DNA from: Candidatus Latescibacterota bacterium
Lineage (GTDB): Bacteria; Latescibacterota; UBA2968
Assembly (NCBI GenBank): GCA_965204745.1
Contig: OZ242010.1
Span: 2,784,001-2,848,000 of the forward strand
Length of the DNA: 64,000 nt
Direction of reading: 5' to 3'
Shown here piece by piece: positions 58,801-64,000 of the stretch; position 1 is the first letter of the stretch, and every line of letters begins with the position of its first letter. The position numbers were made by a program, and so were the translations under genes. The notes under the pieces were generated by a model. The model worked only from the letters and a program-made list of their open reading frames with translations. It did no database searches and had not been told where the DNA came from.

Positions 58801-60198
58801 TCACATCCCTCGCACGTCGATGACTTCGCCGGCAATGGCCGCGGCGGCCACCATCGCGGGGCTCATCAAGAGCGTGCGCCCTGTGGGGCTGCCTTGCCGG
58901 CCTTTGAAATTGCGGTTGCTGGACGAGGCGCAAACTTCGCGGCCCTGCAATTTGTCGGGGTTCATCGCCAAACACATGGAGCAACCCGCGCCGCGCCATT
59001 CAAAGCCCGCGTCTCCAAACACATGGTGCAAGCCCTCGGCTTCGGCGGCTTTGAGAACGGATTTGGATCCCGGGACGACCAGGGCCTTGACGCCATCGGC
59101 GACGCGGTGGCCTTTGACGATGCGGGCCGCTTCTCGCAGGTCGGAAATCCGGCTGTTGGTACACGATCCCACAAATGCCACGTCGATGGGAATGCCCGAG
59201 ATGGCCGTGCCCGGCGATAAGTCCATATAATCGTACGCTTCGGCGGCGACATCGCGCTCGTCGTCCGGCAAGTCCGTGAGCGCGGGCACTTTTTCCGAGA
59301 CGAAGAGGGCTTGCCCCGGGGTGATGCCCCACGTCACGGTGGGTTCGAGGGCAGAGCCGTCGAGGTGATAGACGTCGTCGTAATCCGCGTCTGGGTCAGA
59401 GGCGAGAGAATGCCACCACGAGATGGCGCGGTCAAACGCGTCGCCCGAAGGCGCGTACGCGCGGCCTTGCAAATAGTCGTAAGTCGTCTGGTCGGGATTG
59501 ACATACCCCGCGCGCGCGCCGCCTTCGATAGACATGTTGCACACGGACATGCGCGCTTCCATGTCCATGCCCGCTATCGCGGCGCCTGCGTATTCGTACG
59601 CGTAGCCAGTGCCGCCTTGGACGCCGAGGTTGCGGATGATGTTGAGAATGACGTCTTTGGCGTACACGCCGTCGCCCAAGGTGCCGCTCACTTCAATGCG
59701 GCGCACTTTGAGCGGGTCCATTGCCAAGCACTGCGTTGCGAGGACGTCGCGCACTTGTGACGTGCCAATGCCAAATGCTATCGCGCCAAACGCGCCGTGC
59801 GTGGCGGTGTGGCTGTCCCCGCAGGCAATGGTCATGCCCGGTTGCGTGAGGCCCAATTCCGGGCCGATGACGTGGACGATGCCCTGGCGCTCGTCGTCGA
59901 GGTCGAACAGGGGAATGCCAAATTCCGCGGCATTGTCCTCGATGGCGAGCAACATGTGTTCGGCCATTTCGTCTGCAAAGGGCCGGTCGCGGTCGCGCGT
60001 GGGCACGATGTGATCGACGGTGGCGAACGTGCGGTCTGGATACGCGATGCCCAACTTGCGCTCCCGCAACATTTCAAACGCCTGCGGGCTGGTGACTTCG
60101 TGGACGAGGTGCAAGCCGATGAACAACTGCGTTTGACCCGATGGCAGGGTCCGCACCGCATGCGCGTCCCAAACTTTTTGAAACAAACTTTGCCCCAT
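58801..60198 (-). CDS. leuC: 3-isopropylmalate dehydratase large subunit
   Basis: [47 protein letters not shown]. Confidence 0.97.
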   Translation of the reverse strand: MGQSLFQKVWDAHAVRTLPSGQTQLFIGLHLVHEVTSPQAFEMLRERKLGIAYPDRTFATVDHIVPTRDRDRPFADEMAEHMLLAIEDNAAEFGIPLFDLDDERQGIVHVIGPELGLTQPGMTIACGDSHTATHGAFGAIAFGIGTSQVRDVLATQCLAMDPLKVRRIEVSGTLGDGVYAKDVILNIIRNLGVQGGTGYAYEYAGAAIAGMDMEARMSVCNMSIEGGARAGYVNPDQTTYDYLQGRAYAPSGDAFDRAISWWHSLASDPDADYDDVYHLDGSALEPTVTWGITPGQALFVSEKVPALTDLPDDERDVAAEAYDYMDLSPGTAISGIPIDVAFVGSCTNSRISDLREAARIVKGHRVADGVKALVVPGSKSVLKAAEAEGLHHVFGDAGFEWRGAGCSMCLAMNPDKLQGREVCASSSNRNFKGRQGSPTGRTLLMSPAMVAAAAIAGEVIDVRGM

Positions 60199-60219
60199 GA
60201 TCTCCTCTTTTCTCGGTGT

Positions 60220-61770
60220 TCACACGGTCGGCTCGCGCTCTTTGTGCGTGGCTTGCTGGAGGGCCAGGCGATTGAGCGCGTCGAGGAAGGCTTTGACGCT
60301 GGCTTCGATGATATCGGTGGATGCGCCGCGCCCTCGGCAGACGCGCCCGTGGCAGGACACGTTGACCGTGACTTCGCCGATGGCTTCCGCGCCCCCGGTC
60401 ACGCCGCGGATGGTGTAGTTTTCGACTTTGGTGTCCGCGTTGGCCGTGGCTTTTTTGATGGCGCGATAGGCCGCATCCACGGGCCCGTCGCCCCAAGCGG
60501 ATTCCTGAATGTGGGTCTCGCCATCGATGCCGATGCGAACCGTCGCGGAAGGTACGGTGCCCGTGCCGCTGACCGTGTGCAAGTAGTCGAGGGTGAAGCG
60601 CGTGGGGAAGTCGCGGATCTCGTCTTCCACAATCGCCATGAGGTCTTCGTCATAGACCTCTTTCTTTTTGTCAGCCACTTTGACGAACCGCTCGTACGCG
60701 ATGTCTAATTCCGCTCGATCCAAGCGAAAGCCGAGTTCCTCCAGGCGATGGCGCAAGGCGTGCCGCCCAGAGCGCGCGGTGAGCACGATGCTCGATTCGT
60801 CCCACCCCACGGATCGGGGATCGATGATTTCAAAATTTTCCCGGTCTTTGAGCACGCCGTCTTGGTGGATGCCCGAGCTGTGGGCAAATGCGTTGGCGCC
60901 CACAATGGGTTTGTTCGGCGGAACGACAATGCCCATCAACCGGCTGACCAAGCGGCTCGTGGTCGCAATTTCCCGGGTTTCGATGTCCGTGTACAGGTCA
61001 AAGTAATCCCCGCGCGTCTTGAGGGCCATGACCACTTCTTCGAGCGAGGTGTTGCCCGCGCGTTCGCCCAAGCCATTGATGGTGCATTCGACTTGGCGCG
61101 CGCCGTTTTTGAGGGCTTCGAGCGCGTTGATGGTCGCCATGCCCAAATCGTCATGGCAGTGGACGCTGACGACTGCGCGATAGATGTTGGGCACGCGGTC
61201 GCAGATGTTGCGGATGATCGCGCCGAACTGATCGGGCACGGCATAGCCCACCGTGTCGGGAATGTTGATGGTGGTGGCGCCCGCGTCGATGGTGGCTTCG
61301 ATCACTTCGAGGAGATAGCGCGGGTCTGTGCGCGCCGCGTCCATCGGAGAAAATTCCACGTCGTCGCAGTACGACTTGGCACGCGCAACCGCATCCACGG
61401 CCATTTGTCGGACTTGGTCCGGGGATTTGCCCACCATGGCGATGTGCAGGGGCGAGGTGCCGATGAACGTGTGAATGCGCGGATTGGGCGCGTCTTTCAA
61501 GGCTTCGCCCGTGCGGTCGATGTCTTTGAAGATGGCGCGGGACAAGCCGCAGATCACCGGGCCTTCGACCTCGTGGGCAATGCGCCGCACGGCCTCAAAG
61601 TCCTGATCGGAGGAGATGGGGAACCCGGCTTCGATCACATCGACATTGAGCCGGGCGAGTTGCCGAGCGATTTCGAGTTTTTCGCGCACGGTGAGGGACG
61701 CGCCGGGGGTTTGTTCTGCGTCTCGCAAGGTGGTGTCAAAAATGATGACGCGATTTTTGTTTTTGTGCAT
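60220..61770 (-). CDS. leuA: 2-isopropylmalate synthase
   Basis: FDTTLRDAEQ, NIPDTVG, HCHDDLG, GLGERAGN, HSSGIHQDG. Confidence 0.96.
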   Translation of the reverse strand: MHKNKNRVIIFDTTLRDAEQTPGASLTVREKLEIARQLARLNVDVIEAGFPISSDQDFEAVRRIAHEVEGPVICGLSRAIFKDIDRTGEALKDAPNPRIHTFIGTSPLHIAMVGKSPDQVRQMAVDAVARAKSYCDDVEFSPMDAARTDPRYLLEVIEATIDAGATTINIPDTVGYAVPDQFGAIIRNICDRVPNIYRAVVSVHCHDDLGMATINALEALKNGARQVECTINGLGERAGNTSLEEVVMALKTRGDYFDLYTDIETREIATTSRLVSRLMGIVVPPNKPIVGANAFAHSSGIHQDGVLKDRENFEIIDPRSVGWDESSIVLTARSGRHALRHRLEELGFRLDRAELDIAYERFVKVADKKKEVYDEDLMAIVEDEIRDFPTRFTLDYLHTVSGTGTVPSATVRIGIDGETHIQESAWGDGPVDAAYRAIKKATANADTKVENYTIRGVTGGAEAIGEVTVNVSCHGRVCRGRGASTDIIEASVKAFLDALNRLALQQATHKEREPTV

Positions 61771-61893
61771 GGTGATTCCTTTGCGCGCCAGACCGAGGTG
61801 AACGGGCAGACGGAACGGGTCTGGCTGTCATTGCCCTCTGCCAAACGAGATCGAGGTCGCCGAGGTCGGCTTCCATCTGCATCACCTCCTTTT
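61736..61893 (-). promoter_or_regulatory. Candidate leader uORF (ATG 61876, 46 aa) and structured leader overlapping the leuA start
   Basis: Perfect SD AAGGAGGTGAT; MEADLGDLDLVW...; stem GCCAGACC/GGTCTGGC just before the leuA RBS. Confidence 0.45.
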
Positions 61894-61903
61894 GCTGAAC
61901 GGG

Positions 61904-62401
61904 TTAGGGTTCTTGGATCGCGGAGTCCCGCAACAGGGCCACGGTGCCGGTGCGCGCGATTTCCAGGATGCCAAAAGAACGCAGCATGCCGATGATGGCC
62001 TGAATTTTGTCGTAGCGGCCCGTGACTTCAATGGTCATGGAATGCGTGCTCACATCCACGATATTTGCGCGGAACACTTCGGCGATTTGAATGACCTCTG
62101 CGCGCGTGGCTGTATCGGCCTTGACTTTGATGAGCACGAGTTCGCGTTCGACAAATTTGCCCTGCGTGATGTCGATCACGCGGATGACGTCGATGAGGCG
62201 GTCCAATTGCTTGACCACCTGCTCGAGCACGCTGTCGTCACCGCCGACAACGATGGTCATGCGCGAGATGCTCGGGTCTTCTGTTTCGCCGACGGACAAG
62301 CTGTCGATGTTGAATCCGCGACTGGAGAAAAGCCCCGAGATGTTGCACAAGACGCCAAAATGGTTTTCGACCAGCGCGCAAATCGTGTGTTTTTGAGTCA
62401 T
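61904..62401 (-). CDS. ilvN: Acetolactate synthase small (regulatory) subunit
   Basis: LVENHFGVL, RGFNIDSL, EQVVKQL, RELVLIKV, EIARTG. Confidence 0.95.
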   Translation of the reverse strand: MTQKHTICALVENHFGVLCNISGLFSSRGFNIDSLSVGETEDPSISRMTIVVGGDDSVLEQVVKQLDRLIDVIRVIDITQGKFVERELVLIKVKADTATRAEVIQIAEVFRANIVDVSTHSMTIEVTGRYDKIQAIIGMLRSFGILEIARTGTVALLRDSAIQEP

Positions 62402-62500
62402 GAGAATTTCCCGAATCCATGAGGTGACAACGGCCAGTGAATCGATCAAAGGCTCTGTCCTGTTGTGGCGTTGTCGTGAAAGTGGGGAAAGAGCCTGCGC

Positions 62501-62656
62501 TTAGTGAACGAGAATAGCGAGGGAAAGGCCCGCGATGAGGAGCAGGTGCAGACGCGCGCGACCTGCAATGGAAAGGCGCGAAATGCGGATGACCTGCTGT
62601 CGCAGGTGTCCACCGCTTCGCAAGGTGGAGATCGCCAATGTGGGGATTGAGCGCAT
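62501..62656 (-). CDS. Candidate Ile/Leu/Val-rich leader peptide (51 aa)
   Basis: 20 of 51 residues are I/L/V, including 10 of the last 16. Lies between a promoter and ilvN. Confidence 0.5.
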   Translation of the reverse strand: MRSIPTLAISTLRSGGHLRQQVIRISRLSIAGRARLHLLLIAGLSLAILVH

Positions 62657-62699
62657 GGCAGAACTAGGGAATTGCGTGGTTGCGAATTTCAGATGGCAT

Positions 62700-62729
62700 A
62701 ACCTACGCAACCTAAGTGGAATATGTCAA
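62700..62729 (-). promoter_or_regulatory. sigma70-type promoter of the ilvN-leu operon
   Basis: TTGACA-N18-TAGGTT. Confidence 0.55.
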
Positions 62730-62750
62730 GGAAAAAAACAGCGAAGGGAA

Positions 62751-62821
62751 GGTGAGAGGTGAGAGGCAAGACGGGAGAGGCAAAGGAGGCAAGAGGTGAG
62801 AAGGCCACCCCTCTCCCCTCT
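62751..62821. repeat. Heptamer arrays flanking the IS110 insertion
   Basis: GTGAGAG GTGAGAG GCAAGAC GGGAGAG..., then inverted CCTCTCC CCTCT|, which continues as TACGTCT at 63994. Confidence 0.75.
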
Positions 62822-62854
62822 TGTATCGTAAGGGAATCGAGATGCCATCTTGAG

Positions 62855-62980
62855 GCTCGGGGAAGGCCGGCCCCTCTTGAGGCGATGACCTTGTAGGTAA
62901 GATAGGCCCCCCGACCGCCGGGTCTATGCCGAAGGTATCTAAGCCCCTTGAGGCTGCATATACAAGACGGTAGACTTGGC
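62855..62980 (+). ncRNA. IS110 bridge RNA (target- and donor-binding loops); boundaries approximate
   Basis: Two stem/internal-loop modules. Guides CCCCTCT (62871-62877), GTAAG (62897-62901), GTATCT (62935-62940) and ATACAAG (62960-62966) match the junctions. Confidence 0.8.
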
Positions 62981-63050
62981 GTCAATGGTCGGGACGCGAC
63001 CCCGAGCGCGCACCAGATCCCTTACAACCCCCTCATCACAGGAGGCCCCC

Positions 63051-63966
63051 ATGTCGAAATCTCACCCCGCTTTTGCCGGCATTGATGTCAGTGCCCGCAC
63101 GTTGTCCGTTGCCCTGTCCAGACCCGGACAAGCTGTCATGCAAGCGACCTTTGCCAATGATCCCCAAGCGCATAAGCGGTTGCTGAAGTGGCTCACGAAG
63201 GGCGGGCACATGGTCTCTGTGTGCCTCGAAGCGACCGGGCTTTACAGTTTGGGGGTGGCCTTGGCCTTGCATCGGCATCGCCACACAAAGGTCATGGTCG
63301 TCAATCCCAAAGCGATGAGCAAGTACGCCCAAGCCTGCATGCAACGGGCGAAGACGGATGCGAAGGATGCGTTGTTGATCCTCGACTATGCCGAGCGCAT
63401 GCCTTTTGTGCCTTGGCAAGCGCCGAGCGAGCAACGGCTTCAACTGCAAGCCCTCACCAGACGCATTGACCAACTCAAGCAGGAGATCATCCGCGAACAG
63501 AGCCGCAACCACGCGCAGAGCTACCACATCCGCAGCACACGTCTCATCGCACGCGATATTCAGGTGAATATTCGACACTTCAAACGCCGGATTGCATACT
63601 TGGAAAGCCAAGCCCTCGATCTCGTTTTGCACGATGAGCCCCTCAAGCGTGCCTACCAACGCCTCTGCTCGACGCCTGGCATCGCGCAAACGAGTGCCTT
63701 GCGGCTCTTGGCCGAGTTGACCCTTTTGCCAGAGGAGATGCAACCGCCCCAGTGGGTCGCACATGCAGGCCTGGATCCCAAACCCAAACAATCGGAACCG
63801 CCATCCACAAAGACGCATCTCGAAAACCGGGAATAAGTACCTCCGCCATGCCCTCTATATGCCTGCCTGGGTGGCCATCAGACACGAAGGCCATGTCAAA
63901 GCCTTCTATGACCAACTCATCGCCCGCGGCAAGAAACCTTTGCAGGCTATCGTTGCGGTGATGCGA
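63051..63966 (+). pseudogene. IS110 recombinase, frameshifted and C-terminally truncated
   Basis: GIDVS, CLEATG, KTDAKDA. Frame breaks near 63795-63812 at the catalytic QS(G); ISKTGNKYLRHALYMPA...AIVAVMR continues in another frame, then similarity stops. Confidence 0.85.
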
Positions 63967-64000
63967 TGGTCCGTTCCAAACTTTTGCGTATCTTACGTCT

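Larger units (their letters stand above)
62820..63993 (+). mobile_element. IS110 family element (IS621-like), with CT core at both junctions; damaged
   Basis: Left junction CCCCT-CT-TGTAT, right junction GCGTAT-CT-TACGT; long 5' noncoding end; DEDD recombinase. Confidence 0.85.

Overview
A bacterial chromosomal segment with GC-rich housekeeping genes: dxs, xerC, ubiA/ubiX, truA-htrA-pssA-tatA-gatA-gatB, comEC, 6S RNA, and ilvN-leuA-leuC...leuD-cimA-alaC...argJ-aspC-accA. A secreted protein with a paired EF-hand/dockerin-like tail and the dense repeat content suggest a Latescibacterota/Gemmatimonadota-like organism; this is inference only. Defence-type genes, several more AT-rich, are slotted co-directionally between the housekeeping genes with no adjacent mobile integrase. 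They include a four-gene island (PD-(D/E)XK-like nuclease, helical partner, 1391-aa TIR-TPR-PIN-like protein, and a translationally coupled 642-aa unknown), two type I-like methyltransferase-TRD fusions (NPPY and NPPF), an IS701-interrupted type IIG enzyme, a REase-HEPN gene, and an orphan gene inside a 50-bp direct repeat. Intergenic DNA is rich in heptamer arrays, REP-like palindromes and a ~350-bp MITE-like repeat. An IS903-group element and an IS110 element both sit in heptamer arrays, and the IS110 bridge-RNA guides can be read directly and match its target and donor junctions. Candidate regulatory elements are a sigma54 promoter with no downstream CDS, a sigma54 promoter before comEC, and leader ORFs before ilvN and leuA. 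No CRISPR array, tRNA or rRNA was seen. All family assignments come from motif recognition by eye, not database searches.
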